Origin: Polyangiales bacterium
Lineage (GTDB): Bacteria; Myxococcota_A; Polyangia; Polyangiales; Ga0077539
Length of the DNA: 64,000 nt
Reading direction: 5' to 3'
NCBI GenBank assembly: GCA_044229975.1
Contig: JBGARZ010000007.1
Coordinates: forward strand, 128,001 to 192,000
Position numbers and translations under genes: made by a program. The notes beneath the pieces were generated by a model. The model was not told the origin of the DNA. It did no database searches and saw only the letters and a program-made list of their open reading frames with translations. Positions 28,528-40,407 of this stretch are shown here, piece by piece. The first letter of the stretch is position 1; each line of letters opens with the position of its first letter.

Positions 28528-31500
28528 ATGCACCCTCCTGCGGCGCGCTCGCGTACCCCCGCCGTGCTCGGTCTCCTCGGCGGACTCGTCGCCCTCTGGA
28601 CCGGCGGAACCGCCAGCCTCATCGCGCTCTCCGACCCGCCCGCGCTGCCCACCATGCGCTCGTCGCTTGCGCCCGCAACGCGGCTCAGGCCGCCGACGCC
28701 CGTCACGCTGACGCCGTTTCCGCGCTCGCTCGACGAGCTCCGCGCCCTCAACGCCGAGGCCACCCGCCTTCGCCCCGACGCCCGCTTCGTCGCTGCCTTC
28801 GCCGAGGTGCAGCGCCTCCGCGGTCGACCCAACGCCGTCGCCACCACACAGTTCGCGCGTGACCACTGGGTCGTCTCCGTCGACGGTCAGGCTGTCGGCG
28901 AGCTGCCCCTCCTCGCGACGCCCGCCGACGCGCTCACGTCGCTCACTCGCTCGGTCCCCGCGAGGGCGCCGATCCCGCCCGACAACACCGCGCCTCGGCA
29001 CGTCGCCGACGTCGCCCCCGGCGCCGAGATCGCCGCCCTCCGCGCGCTCGCGGGGCCCGTCACCGCCGCCGGACCGCCCCACCCGGCCGCCGCGGCCCGC
29101 GCGCTCGCGGTGCTGTTCCATCGCACCTTCGATCGCGTCGACGCCAACGACGCCCTCGCGGCCCGCGCGCTCGCCGCCGCCGCATGGGCCCGCGCGGTGG
29201 GCTCGCCCGCGCCCGATGCCGAGGTGCTCGTCGCCCAGGAGATGGCGTACCCCGCAAACGCGCGGGTGCTCGCGGCACCCCTCGTCCCGAGCGACCCGGT
29301 GCGCCTCTACCTCGACGAGCAGCAGCGCCTCGGCTTCGTGCCCCGGCCCGGCGCCAACTACCTCCACTACCGCGTGATGGCGTCCTTCCACGCCCCGGAG
29401 GGACCAGACGTCGTCGCGCAGATGCCGGCGGAGATGCGCCCGTCCCTCGCCATCGTGGGCTGGCTCCCCTGGACGGCGAGCCCCGCCGACTTCGGCGCGC
29501 GCATGACCGCCCTGCAAGAGAGCCCCTCCCGCACCCTGGCCGCGCTCCAGCGAGAGGTGGGCATCGAGCCCGCGAGCTCGCTCCTCGACGACGCGACGGT
29601 GCTCGCTCGCACCGAAGCCCTCCTGGCGCGTCCCCCCGAGGCGCTCCCCTGGCTCGACGCCGGCCTCTCCGCCGCCCGCATCCGCAGCGCCACCTGGAAC
29701 GCCATGCAGCGCTCCCTCGACGTCGAGCTCCAGTCGCGCAGCGATCCCGAAGCAGCTCGTCGCCAGCTCCGCGCCATGGAGCGCGGCGGCTTCCCTGCGA
29801 TGCACCCGATGCTGTCCTGGTTCGGTGCGCTCGTGGACGCGGCGGAGCGCAGCCCCCGACGGCTCGCCGAGAGCGCGGTCAGTCCCGATGCTCTCCCCGG
29901 TACCTTGCGGCTGCGCGCGGCCGACGACTCCTCGGCGTGGGCGAGACGATCGGCGCTCCTCCAGATCGTTCCGCACCTCGACGCGCGCCCGACCCACCGC
30001 GCCGACCTCGCCGAGCTCTTGATGCAGGAGCGCCTCGACCCGCTCTGGCTCCGCGACCTTTGTCGGTCCGTGGTCACAGAGCCCCTCGTCAACGAAGACG
30101 TCGTGGCGGCGTGCCAGCGCCGCGACGCGCACGCCCCCAACTCCCCACCGACTCCGGCCGAGACCCCCGCGCAGATCGAGGCGCGCTTCATCGCCCTCAA
30201 CGCGCACGCCGGGACCTGGATGGCGTCCCGCGCCGAGTACGGTCGCTGGCTCAACGCGCAGGGCCGCGCGGCCGAGACCGTCGCGATGGCCCGCGCGTGG
30301 CTCGCGGCGCATCCCGAAGGGCTGGAGCCCGCCTTCACGCGCACCGGCATGGCGCGCGCCCAGCTCGCGATGAACGACCCCGCCGCCGCATGGACCTCCA
30401 TCGAGCCCGCGCTCGCGAGCTGGCAGGGCGGCGCGATGGAGATGGGCGTCCTCGTGTTGATCGCGCTCAATCGGCTCGACGAAGCCCACACCCTCGCCGA
30501 GCAGCGGCTCGCCCGCTACCCCGGCGTGGAGCAGGCCGCGACCGTCGCGGAGGTTCTCTGGCGGCAAGATCGGGTCGCCGACGCCGCGCGGGTCCTCGCG
30601 CCGCACGCCCCGCGCGGTGATGTGACGGAGTGGCGCAGCGCCGTCGGCGAGGCCCTCTCGCGGGCCTACGTCTCGCGAGACCCGACGGCAGTCCGTGCCG
30701 CCGCGGACGCGATGGTGCAGGGCGGCCTCGACGTCGGTGCGGTGGAGATGCTCGCGATCGAGCTCGAACGCTACGGCCACCCGACACACGCGCTCGCGGC
30801 GCACGAAGCGTTGAGCGCGCCGGGGCTGCGGGGCATGGCGCTCCTCGCGGTGCGACACCGGCTGGTGGCGGCGGCGCGATCACCCCGCGAGGCCGATCAG
30901 TGGCTGGAGGCGACGGTTCCGCCGCAGGGTCGCGGTCCGGTGGCGATGTTTGCGTTTGGCGAAGGCGAAGATGCGCTCGTGTGGAGCGCCGCCGACAGCG
31001 CCGAGTCCGACGCTGACGGCACGGCGTACCTCTGGCTCCTGCGCGCCGGGGCCCTGCTGCGCGCGCCGCCCGACCCCGCCCGTCGAGCACGTGTAGAGGC
31101 GGCCGTCGCCAACCCGACGGAGCCCTACCACCACATGGCGCGCTACCTCCTCGGCCTGGAGTCGCAAGAGCAGATGCTCAGCCTCCCGACCGCGGACGAC
31201 CGCCGCGCCGAGGTGGCGTTCTGGGTCGCGTATCGCGCTCACTGCGAGGGCCATCTGGAGGAAGCCGCAGAGTGGTATCGCTTCGTCGCGCGACGCGGAC
31301 CCGAGAGCGAAGGTGAGGTGGGCTGGGCGCTCCGCCCGCTGCGCCGATGGAGCGACTCGGCCGGGTGGCTCGACGCGGTCGTCGACCCCTGGGCGCAGGC
31401 TCACGCGGGTGTTGTTCCGACGGCCGAGCCCGTCGCCGCCGAAGAGCCCTCCGCAGGGGGAAGGCATCACCGCGGCCGTCACCGTTCACCCGGCGGCGGT

Positions 31501-31554
31501 CATCATCACCGTCGTCACCACTCGGGTCTCCACCTTCACGGAGCGCGCTCATGA
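28528..31554 (+). CDS. Large membrane-anchored TPR-like helical protein with a His-rich tail
   Basis: N-terminal TM; Ala/Leu-rich helical repeats; C-terminal GRHHRGRHRSPGGGHHHRRHHSGLHLH. Confidence 0.75.
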   Translation: MHPPAARSRTPAVLGLLGGLVALWTGGTASLIALSDPPALPTMRSSLAPATRLRPPTPVTLTPFPRSLDELRALNAEATRLRPDARFVAAFAEVQRLRGRPNAVATTQFARDHWVVSVDGQAVGELPLLATPADALTSLTRSVPARAPIPPDNTAPRHVADVAPGAEIAALRALAGPVTAAGPPHPAAAARALAVLFHRTFDRVDANDALAARALAAAAWARAVGSPAPDAEVLVAQEMAYPANARVLAAPLVPSDPVRLYLDEQQRLGFVPRPGANYLHYRVMASFHAPEGPDVVAQMPAEMRPSLAIVGWLPWTASPADFGARMTALQESPSRTLAALQREVGIEPASSLLDDATVLARTEALLARPPEALPWLDAGLSAARIRSATWNAMQRSLDVELQSRSDPEAARRQLRAMERGGFPAMHPMLSWFGALVDAAERSPRRLAESAVSPDALPGTLRLRAADDSSAWARRSALLQIVPHLDARPTHRADLAELLMQERLDPLWLRDLCRSVVTEPLVNEDVVAACQRRDAHAPNSPPTPAETPAQIEARFIALNAHAGTWMASRAEYGRWLNAQGRAAETVAMARAWLAAHPEGLEPAFTRTGMARAQLAMNDPAAAWTSIEPALASWQGGAMEMGVLVLIALNRLDEAHTLAEQRLARYPGVEQAATVAEVLWRQDRVADAARVLAPHAPRGDVTEWRSAVGEALSRAYVSRDPTAVRAAADAMVQGGLDVGAVEMLAIELERYGHPTHALAAHEALSAPGLRGMALLAVRHRLVAAARSPREADQWLEATVPPQGRGPVAMFAFGEGEDALVWSAADSAESDADGTAYLWLLRAGALLRAPPDPARRARVEAAVANPTEPYHHMARYLLGLESQEQMLSLPTADDRRAEVAFWVAYRAHCEGHLEEAAEWYRFVARRGPESEGEVGWALRPLRRWSDSAGWLDAVVDPWAQAHAGVVPTAEPVAAEEPSAGGRHHRGRHRSPGGGHHHRRHHSGLHLHGARS

Positions 31555-32489
31555 ACGCCACCGCGCCGATGCCCTACCGCGACTTCAATCCGTCGTCCGC
31601 TTCCGCCGCCGCCGCGCCGCCGAGGCTCTGGACCCTCGCGCTAGGCGTCGTCTTCACTGCGGGCGTCACGCTCGTGGGCTTCGTCCTGACGCTCGGCGTC
31701 TTCGCCATCGCGTTCGCGGCGCGCCTCTCTCGTGCTGGTCGTCCCCCGTCGCCGCTGGCGCTCGTCGAGTCGATGAGCGAGTTCGCGCTCACGGGTCCCG
31801 GGGTGCTCGCGAGCGGCCTCGTGACGGCCCTCGCCTTCGGCGGAACCTCCCTGCTCGCGGGCATCCTCTCCGACGCGGGAGCGCGTGCGCGACTGCGACT
31901 GGGGCCGTCGCGGCGGTGGTTCGCGACGGGGCTCGTGGCGACGTTTCAGCTCGTGGGCTTCGGGATGATGGCGTCGCAGGTGGCGACGTTCCTGGGGATG
32001 AGCGAGCAGGGCTCGCTGCCGATGCTGCGGCGCGCGTTCGCGCACATGACGCTGCCGCTCGCGGTGCTGTCGGTGCTCATCGTCGGCGTGGGCGCAGGCG
32101 TCGCGGAGGAGCTGTTCTTCCGCGGTTACCTCCTCACGCGTCTCGAGCAGCGGGTGCGCCCCTGGCTCGCCAACGCGGCGGTGGCGATGGCCTTCGCGCT
32201 CGCGCACTTCGACCTGGTGCACTCGACCTTCGCGCTGCTGGTCGGCTTCGCGCAGGGTTGGACCTCGCGACGCAGCGGGAGCATCCGACCGGCGATGGTG
32301 GCTCACACCATCAACAACATCATCGGCGTGGTGGGCATGGCGGTGGCGGACTCGACTCGCCCGGAGCCGTTCTCGGCGCCGGAGCTGGTGGGTGGTGCGC
32401 TGTTGATGCTGGTCGGGACGGCGGGCGTCTGGCGACTCACCCGCGACAACGTGGCAGGTCAGCCGCCGTCAAACGGCGGAGCGCCGTAG
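31551..32489 (+). CDS. CPBP (Rce1/Abi CAAX protease-like) intramembrane metalloprotease
   Basis: AEELFFRGYL, FALAH, SGSIRPAMVAHTINN; ATGA coupling to the upstream gene. Confidence 0.92.
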   Translation: MNATAPMPYRDFNPSSASAAAAPPRLWTLALGVVFTAGVTLVGFVLTLGVFAIAFAARLSRAGRPPSPLALVESMSEFALTGPGVLASGLVTALAFGGTSLLAGILSDAGARARLRLGPSRRWFATGLVATFQLVGFGMMASQVATFLGMSEQGSLPMLRRAFAHMTLPLAVLSVLIVGVGAGVAEELFFRGYLLTRLEQRVRPWLANAAVAMAFALAHFDLVHSTFALLVGFAQGWTSRRSGSIRPAMVAHTINNIIGVVGMAVADSTRPEPFSAPELVGGALLMLVGTAGVWRLTRDNVAGQPPSNGGAP

Positions 32490-32914
32490 AGGTCCATCGC
32501 GCCGCCGTCGTCGTCGGGGGCGCCGGCGTCTTCGGGCGGAGGGATGCCGTAGGGCGGCGCGACGTTGCCGATGTCGAGCACACCGGTGTCGACGGCGCCG
32601 GTGTCGCGCGCGCCGGTGTCCGTCGGCGCGTGATCGACAGGGAAGCCCTGATCAGTGGCGGGGCGATCGACGGGGACGTCACCACCGCCGACGTCGGCGT
32701 TGGGTGCGGCGTCGGTGGCGGACACCGAGCTGCTGCACCCGGCGGCCGTGAGCGAGGCGGCGAAGGTGATGAGCGCGGCGCGGGACAGCCGACGCGGCGG
32801 GTCGCGGCGGGTGGGCAGCGGTCCGACGATGGGACGGTGACAGAACGGGCACGCCGACTCGGTCGCGACGACGTGGCGATGGCAGCCGGGGCAGGGGGCG
32901 AGCGGGCGGTACAT
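32459..32914 (-). CDS. Zinc-ribbon lipoprotein with C-terminal YGxPP motifs (paralog 1)
   Basis: CPGCHRHVVATESACPFC; RLSRAALITF...AAGC; VAPPYGIPP, MDLYGAPP; clearly paralogous to 41883..42440. Confidence 0.8.
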   Translation of the reverse strand: MYRPLAPCPGCHRHVVATESACPFCHRPIVGPLPTRRDPPRRLSRAALITFAASLTAAGCSSSVSATDAAPNADVGGGDVPVDRPATDQGFPVDHAPTDTGARDTGAVDTGVLDIGNVAPPYGIPPPEDAGAPDDDGGAMDLYGAPPFDGG

Positions 32915-33041
32915 CGGTGGGTGACCTCCGCGCGCGAGCGTATCGTGAAACCGCGGGGCACCACCGTCACTCGGTGCACACGATGGCGCGCGTATCCTGA
33001 CGGCCATCACCGCGCTGATGCTCGTCGCACCGCTCACTGGT

Positions 33042-33057
33042 TGGCGACCTGTTTGCA
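33042..33057 (+). promoter_or_regulatory. Putative sigma54 -24/-12 promoter
   Basis: TGGCGACCTGTTTGCA (GG-N10-GC) ending 13 nt upstream of ATG 33071. Confidence 0.5.
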
Positions 33058-33070
33058 GTGCCTCACTCCC

Positions 33071-34390
33071 ATGAACGAAGTCCGCCTCCGCCGACTGATC
33101 GAAGCCGCCGTCGCGCTCACCCTCGCGGGCTGCGCTCAGCGCATCGACCCGGCCACCTTCGCCGTCAACGTGTGCCGTGATGGTGTGTACACCCCCCTTG
33201 CGAACATCACCCCGGCGACGCCCGTGGACTTCGTCGCGCTCCGCGATCAGGTCGACCAGAACGTCGGCTTCCCTCCGGGAATGGACTTCGAGACGGTCGC
33301 ATCCACGGGAGCGTCCTGCTCCACTGCGACCGACCCGGTCGCCTGCACCACCGCACTCGCCGCCCTTCGCTCCGCAGAAGGATGGAAGCCCAACGTGCCA
33401 TTTGCCCGGCGGTGGGAAACGCATCGCTACGTGGTCACGACGCGCGGCGACACCATCGCCACCATCACGACGCTCGACGCGCTCGCCGACTTCCTGGGGC
33501 CGTTGGCGACCGAGGACGAGGCGGCGTGGTTTGCGAGCGAGCGCGGGTACCGCATCTCCTGCGATGGTCCCAACGCGCGTCGCACGCCGACGGGCTTCGA
33601 GCTGCGGGTGCAGTCGGGCAGCGACTGCGGCGGAGACGTCGGCGCCGTCGGCGTCGACGAACACGTGCTCGCGGTGGACCAGAGCGGCCGGGTGACGGTG
33701 CGGGAGACCGTTCGGGTGCGGGACGCCTACCCCAACTGCATCTCCGGTCGACGACCCTCGGGCATGGCGCTCGGTGGTGCTTCTCCGACGGCTCACGTGG
33801 GCGATTACCTCGCACGCGCCGCGGAGCTGGAGGCCGCGTCGGTGCATGCGTTTCGCAGACTCGCGTGTGAGCTGCGGGCGTTGGGTGCGCCCGAGAGGTT
33901 GGCGCTCGCGGCGGAGCGATCGATGCGCGACGAGGTGCGCCACGCGCGGGTGATGTCCCGCCTTGCCCAGCGCCACGGTGGAACAGTGCGCTCGCTGCGA
34001 CCGCCGCCATCGCAGCCGAGGCGATCGGCCTACGCCATCGCCCACGAGAACGCCGTCGAAGGATGCGTGCGGGAGACCTTCGGCGCGCTCCAGGCAACGT
34101 ACCAGTCGGCGCATGCTCGCGACCCGGAATTGGCCCGCGCGCTGGGTGCGATTGCGCGCGACGAGACGCGCCACGCCGCGCTCGCGTGGGACGTCGCTGC
34201 GTGGCTGGAACCGCGGCTCACCGATCGACAGCGAGCGTCTCTCGCGGGGGCGAGGCGGCGGGCGGTCGCGACGCTGCGACGAGAGCTCAGCGCTGCGGCG
34301 CCGCGCGATGCGGTTGCACTCGCGGGGGTGCCCGACGTGGGCGCGGCGCGGTCGCTGCTGACGTCGGTCGCGGGCGAGCTGTGGGCGTAG
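33071..34390 (+). CDS. Lipoprotein with a C-terminal ferritin-like diiron domain (GRRP type)
   Basis: Lipobox LAGC; CISGRRP; ELEAASV, DEVRH, ENAVEGCVRE, DETRH carboxylate/His ligand set. Confidence 0.85.
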   Translation: MNEVRLRRLIEAAVALTLAGCAQRIDPATFAVNVCRDGVYTPLANITPATPVDFVALRDQVDQNVGFPPGMDFETVASTGASCSTATDPVACTTALAALRSAEGWKPNVPFARRWETHRYVVTTRGDTIATITTLDALADFLGPLATEDEAAWFASERGYRISCDGPNARRTPTGFELRVQSGSDCGGDVGAVGVDEHVLAVDQSGRVTVRETVRVRDAYPNCISGRRPSGMALGGASPTAHVGDYLARAAELEAASVHAFRRLACELRALGAPERLALAAERSMRDEVRHARVMSRLAQRHGGTVRSLRPPPSQPRRSAYAIAHENAVEGCVRETFGALQATYQSAHARDPELARALGAIARDETRHAALAWDVAAWLEPRLTDRQRASLAGARRRAVATLRRELSAAAPRDAVALAGVPDVGAARSLLTSVAGELWA

Positions 34391-34396
34391 CGCCCG

Positions 34397-35365
34397 TTAC
34401 CCGATCGGGTACTGCGCCTTGAACTTCGCGATCTCCACCTCCCACCGCCGACTGAACTCCTCCCAGCTCGGATACTCCAGCCCAGGGATGCGCGGCGTCT
34501 CGACGCGCCATCCGTGGTGCCGGTCCCACGCCTCCCAGGTCGAGATCTTGTACGCGAGGCTCTCCGGGGGTCCGCAGTCCGCCTGGTGGTGCTCGTCCCA
34601 CGCCTCCTGCGATTGGATGAGCGGCCACCCTTCTAGCGCGACGGCGAGCGCGAGCGTCGGGCCCGCGTCCCACGCCGCCCCACCGATGACCTCGTCCCGC
34701 AGCAGCGCCTGATCGGTCGGGTCGAGCTCCAGTCGGTCGCCGTGTCGTCGCGCCCGCGACAGCACGATGGGCTCCCCGTGGTGCGTCACCGTGAGCGTCG
34801 CCTCGTCGGGGCCGACGTCGATCACCCGCGGCGGGCACCGGGCGTTCCAGCGGAGCGTCAGGTCGCGCTTCCACATCTGCGCCCACATCCCGGCGCGCAG
34901 GTAGAAGCGCACCGTGCGCTGCCAGCTCCAGCAGGTGTCGAGTCGCACCCCGAGCTTCTCCGCGGCGGCGATCTCGCGGAGCCGATCGAGCGCGCGTCGC
35001 CCGGTGCCGAGACCGCGTCGCGAGCGCAGAACGTAGAAGCTCCAGATGCGCATGTCGGCGACGCCGTAGGTCGTGCGCGAGAGCGCGATGGTTCCGACGC
35101 GCTGGCCGTCTTCCAGCAGCCAGTAGGGTTCGGAGTACGAGCTGCCGACGGGTTCGAGCGCGTCGTGCCACTCGGTGGTGGCGGTGGCGATCCAGCGGGC
35201 GCGGCGGTCGGCGTCGAGGGTGAGGGGGTCGGTGTCGTCGCCGAGGCGGTGCTCTGCGAAGGCCGCGAGGTCGCAGTCGATCCAGCGGCGCTCATCGGCT
35301 CCGCCGCGCTCGACGGGCTCGATGAGTCCGCGAGCGAGGAAGGCGTCGTGGGTGAGGTCCCTCAT
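34397..35365 (-). CDS. GNAT-domain protein with C-terminal extension
   Basis: IWSFYVLRSRRGLGTGRRAL acetyl-CoA motif; VRFYLRAG. Confidence 0.7.
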   Translation of the reverse strand: MRDLTHDAFLARGLIEPVERGGADERRWIDCDLAAFAEHRLGDDTDPLTLDADRRARWIATATTEWHDALEPVGSSYSEPYWLLEDGQRVGTIALSRTTYGVADMRIWSFYVLRSRRGLGTGRRALDRLREIAAAEKLGVRLDTCWSWQRTVRFYLRAGMWAQMWKRDLTLRWNARCPPRVIDVGPDEATLTVTHHGEPIVLSRARRHGDRLELDPTDQALLRDEVIGGAAWDAGPTLALAVALEGWPLIQSQEAWDEHHQADCGPPESLAYKISTWEAWDRHHGWRVETPRIPGLEYPSWEEFSRRWEVEIAKFKAQYPIG

Positions 35366-35416
35366 CGCCGCGATGGTACCGCTCGGGCGACGGCGGGTCG
35401 CTGTTTCCGCGACGCC

Positions 35417-36026
35417 CTACAACTCCCCGAACAACTCCTTCATCGGCACGCCCAGCGCCACTGCGAGTCGGTACAGCGCGGACACGCTCGCGCTCCCTTC
35501 GCCGCGCTCCACCTGGGACAACTGCGACACCGACAGATCCGCCCGCCGCCCGAGGTCCTTCAGCGTCAGCCCCAACCCATGCCGCTTCGTCCGAACCACC
35601 TCGCCGATGGCCTTGAGCACCTGCTCCTCCGGCGCGCGCAGCAACCCCCTGCGCCGCAGCACCCGCGTCACCACCTCGCGCAGCGCCTCTACGGTGAAGG
35701 GCTTCTTCAGGTAGTCCATCGCTTCGAGCTGCATCGCCGCCACGGCCGTCTCCACCGACGGAAACCCGGTGATCATCACCACCGCCAGGTCGCGGTCGAC
35801 GGCGCGCACCTTCCGCAGCGTCTCCACCCCGTCCTGCTGCGGCATCATCACGTCCAGCAGCAGCAGGTGGTACGCCCCGTCGCGCACCCGCGCCTCGGCC
35901 TTCGTCGGGTCGCTCTCCGTGTCCACCGCGCACCCGTCGTGCGCGAGAACGGTCACCAGCAGCTCGCAGATGGCCGCGTCGTCGTCGACCACCAGCACCC
36001 GCGGAATCGTCGGCGTCGAGTGCCGC

Positions 36027-36034
<8 letters not shown>
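35417..36034 (-). CDS. Response regulator (REC) with C-terminal XRE/HTH_3 domain
   Basis: VLVVDDD, LLDVMMP, YLKKPF; GLTLKDLGRRADLSVSQLSQVERG. Confidence 0.9.
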
Positions 36035-37558
<1,524 letters not shown>

Positions 37559-37562
<4 letters not shown>

Positions 37563-38557
37563 GACACAACCGCCTTGCGCCCGCCCGGCAGGAAGCGCCG
37601 CAGGTCGAGCTCGCGCGTGCCGAGGAGGCCTTGTGGTCGCGCGAGCATGAGCCCGATGAGCAGCAGCGCGTACACCACCAGCCGGTAGCCGTGAAACTCG
37701 CGCAGGAGTTCGAGCGAGACGGCCACGGCGACGCCGCCGATGACGGCGCCGGTGATGCTGCCGAGGCCGCCGAAGATGATCATCACGAGGATGTCGACGG
37801 AGCGATCGAGGCGGAAGAGACCGGGGTCGATGTGCTGCCCGCCAGTCGCGTCGTGGGCGTAGAGCGATCCCGCCAGGCCGGTGGTCATCGCGCTGATGGC
37901 GAAGGCGAGCACCTTGTAGCGGGTGGTCGGGATGCCCGCGGCCTCGGCGGCGATCTCGTCTTCGCGGATGGCGGTGAGCGCGCGGCCGTAGGAGCTGTAC
38001 GTGAGGTTGCCGACGAGGAGGACGGTGAGGAGGACGCCGCCCCAGATCCACGGGAGGGTGGCCGTCGCGGGGATGCTCTCGGCGCCGAAGGGCCAGCCGC
38101 CGCCGCCGCCGAGGGGCGCGAGGCTCTCGATGGAGATGCGGATGATCTCGCCGAAGCCGAGGGTGACGATGGCGAGGTAGTCGCCGCGCAGTCGCAGCGA
38201 CGGAACGCCCACCGCGACGCCCGCGAGGCCCGCGCAGACGACGGCGACGAGGCAGGAGACGACGAGCGCGAGGGCGGGCGAGGTGTGCCCGAGGGAGCCC
38301 GCGGTGAGGTGCGAGGTGATGGCCCCGGCGTAGGCGCCGACGGCCATGAAGCCGGCGTGGCCGATGGAGAACTGCCCGGTGGTTCCGTTGACGAGGTTGA
38401 GGGAGACCGCGAGCATGGCGTTGACGCCGCACATGGCGAGCACGCGCACGGCGTACTCGCCCGCGGTGGCGCGGGTGAGGCGCTCGACGGCGAAGAAGAG
38501 CGCGATCGCGACAACGAAGCCGAGGAGTCTGCGTGCAGCGGTCACAGGAGGGTTCAC
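37559..38557 (-). CDS. livM: Branched-chain amino acid ABC permease LivM
   Basis: NLVNGTTGQFSIGHAGF, LRLRGDYLAIVTLGFGEII, IREDEIAA, GGLGSITG. Confidence 0.9.
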
Positions 38558-38668
38558 CCCGGCGCCGGAGGAGAGGAGTCGGAGACCCGGCGCGCGGCGG
38601 CGATGCTACGTCGAAACCGGGTCGCATCGAAGCCCTTCGGTGAGGGGGCCAGCAACCCCGATCGACGT

Positions 38669-39520
38669 CTATCCTCCGTCGCCCGGCGCCCCGGCGTCCG
38701 CCGCCTCGCGCGGCATCGCGTTGGGCCCGCAGTCCACCACCATCGGGGTCAAGCCCCCCGGCGGCGTCTGATCGAACACGTCTGCTGGCAGCTCGGGGTC
38801 GATGGACACCTCGCGGTAGCGCACCAGCAGGTCGATGCCGTCGCGCTCCATCTCCACGCGCACCCGCCGCGGAAAGGCCACGCCCTCGAACTCGGTGTAG
38901 TCCTCGAAGGTCAGCACCGCCCGCACGCCCCGCGCGTCGCGCATCTCCGCCCGCGTCGGCCGCGGGTGCTGCGCCTCGGGCCGCGCGCCCTCCCGCTCGG
39001 CGTCGGTGATCTCCATCCACAACGACTCGCCCGCTCCTCCGGTGCCCGCGATGTCGATCACGTAGTGCCCGTCGTCCCACCGGATGCGACGGTCGCCCGC
39101 GATGAGCGGCGGACCGCCCCCGAGCACTGCCACCACCTCCGCCGACTCCATCGGGATGCCGAGGAGCTGCGCCGCCACGCAGGGCCGCGCCTCGCCGACG
39201 TAGAAGTTGCCGCCGCGCAGGTCGGCCATCGCGAGGTGCTGCCCGTCCGAGAGCAGCGTGCTCACGGTGTTGCCGAAGGCCCGCGTGTCGACCCGCACCC
39301 GCGACGGTCGCTCCACGAACACGAACACCTCCCCCCGGATGCGCCCCTGCGGCCCGAAGTGGTCGGCCGATCCGTGCGCTCTCAGTCGGTGAAAGCGCTC
39401 GTCTCGCGCGCTCACGTGCCGCAGGGCCATGGCCGGGTCGGTGATGGGAAACCGCGGCGGGTGGCCCGAGCAGCCCACCACCACCGCCAACAGCCACGCG
39501 CCCACAGAAGCTCTACGCAT
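38669..39520 (-). CDS. Lipoprotein, LolA/LolB-like fold (DUF4292-like)
   Basis: Lipobox VVGC; ERPSRVRVD...FG; GVAFPRRV. Confidence 0.65.
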   Translation of the reverse strand: MRRASVGAWLLAVVVGCSGHPPRFPITDPAMALRHVSARDERFHRLRAHGSADHFGPQGRIRGEVFVFVERPSRVRVDTRAFGNTVSTLLSDGQHLAMADLRGGNFYVGEARPCVAAQLLGIPMESAEVVAVLGGGPPLIAGDRRIRWDDGHYVIDIAGTGGAGESLWMEITDAEREGARPEAQHPRPTRAEMRDARGVRAVLTFEDYTEFEGVAFPRRVRVEMERDGIDLLVRYREVSIDPELPADVFDQTPPGGLTPMVVDCGPNAMPREAADAGAPGDGG

Positions 39521-39576
39521 CGCGCGGGAACATATCGCGGCCCGGCGCGGGTGTGCGGTACAACGCGCGCCCTGTG

Positions 39577-40407
39577 ATGCTCGCGACGATGACCTGGTGG
39601 GAGGCGGTGGTGCTCGGCGTGGTCGAGGGCCTCACCGAGTACCTCCCGGTGAGCTCGACGGCCCACCTCATCCTGGCGCAGCGGGCGCTCGGCATCGCCG
39701 CGAGCGAGGAGGCCAACGCCTTCGCCATCTGCGTTCAGCTCGGGGCCATCGTCGCCGTGCTCGGGGTGTTCTTCGCGCGGGTGAAGTCCATGGCGCTCGG
39801 GGTGATCGGCCGCGACCCGGTCGGCCGCGCGCTCGCCCTGCGCGTCCTCGTCGGGTTCATCCCGGCGGCGATTCTCGGCAAGCTCTTCGACAAGCGCATC
39901 GAGCGGGTGCTCTTCGGGCTGTACCCCGTCGTCGCTGCGTGGTTCGTCGGCGGCCTCGGCATCCTGGTGCTGCACTTCACGAAGCGCGATCGCAAGCCCG
40001 GCCGCGCGCTCACCGAGCTCACCACGCGCGACGCCGTCCTCATCGGCCTCGCCCAGTGCCTCGCCATGTGGCCGGGCACGTCGCGCTCGCTCGCCACCCT
40101 CGTCGCGGGCCTGCTCGTGGGCCTCTCGCTCGAAGCCGCCGTCGAGTACAGCTTCCTCCTCGGCCTCGTCACCCTCAGCGCCGCCAGCGGGTACAAGCTG
40201 CTCAAGAGCGGCGCGGTGATGTTCCATGCGTACGGGCCGGTGAGCCTCACGCTGGGCTTCCTCGCCGCTGCCATCTCCGCCGTGCTCGCGGTGCGCTGGA
40301 TGCTCACCTGGCTCAAGGGCCACGGGCTCTGGGTCTTCGGCGTCTACCGGGTGCTGCTCGCGCTCGTCGTCGCCGAGATGCTCGGCACCGGGATGCTCCG
40401 GCCGTGA
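39577..40407 (+). CDS. uppP: Undecaprenyl-diphosphate phosphatase UppP/BacA
   Basis: LGVVEGLTEYLPVSSTAH, QLGAI, PGTSRSLAT, EYSFLL. Confidence 0.95.
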   Translation: MLATMTWWEAVVLGVVEGLTEYLPVSSTAHLILAQRALGIAASEEANAFAICVQLGAIVAVLGVFFARVKSMALGVIGRDPVGRALALRVLVGFIPAAILGKLFDKRIERVLFGLYPVVAAWFVGGLGILVLHFTKRDRKPGRALTELTTRDAVLIGLAQCLAMWPGTSRSLATLVAGLLVGLSLEAAVEYSFLLGLVTLSAASGYKLLKSGAVMFHAYGPVSLTLGFLAAAISAVLAVRWMLTWLKGHGLWVFGVYRVLLALVVAEMLGTGMLRP

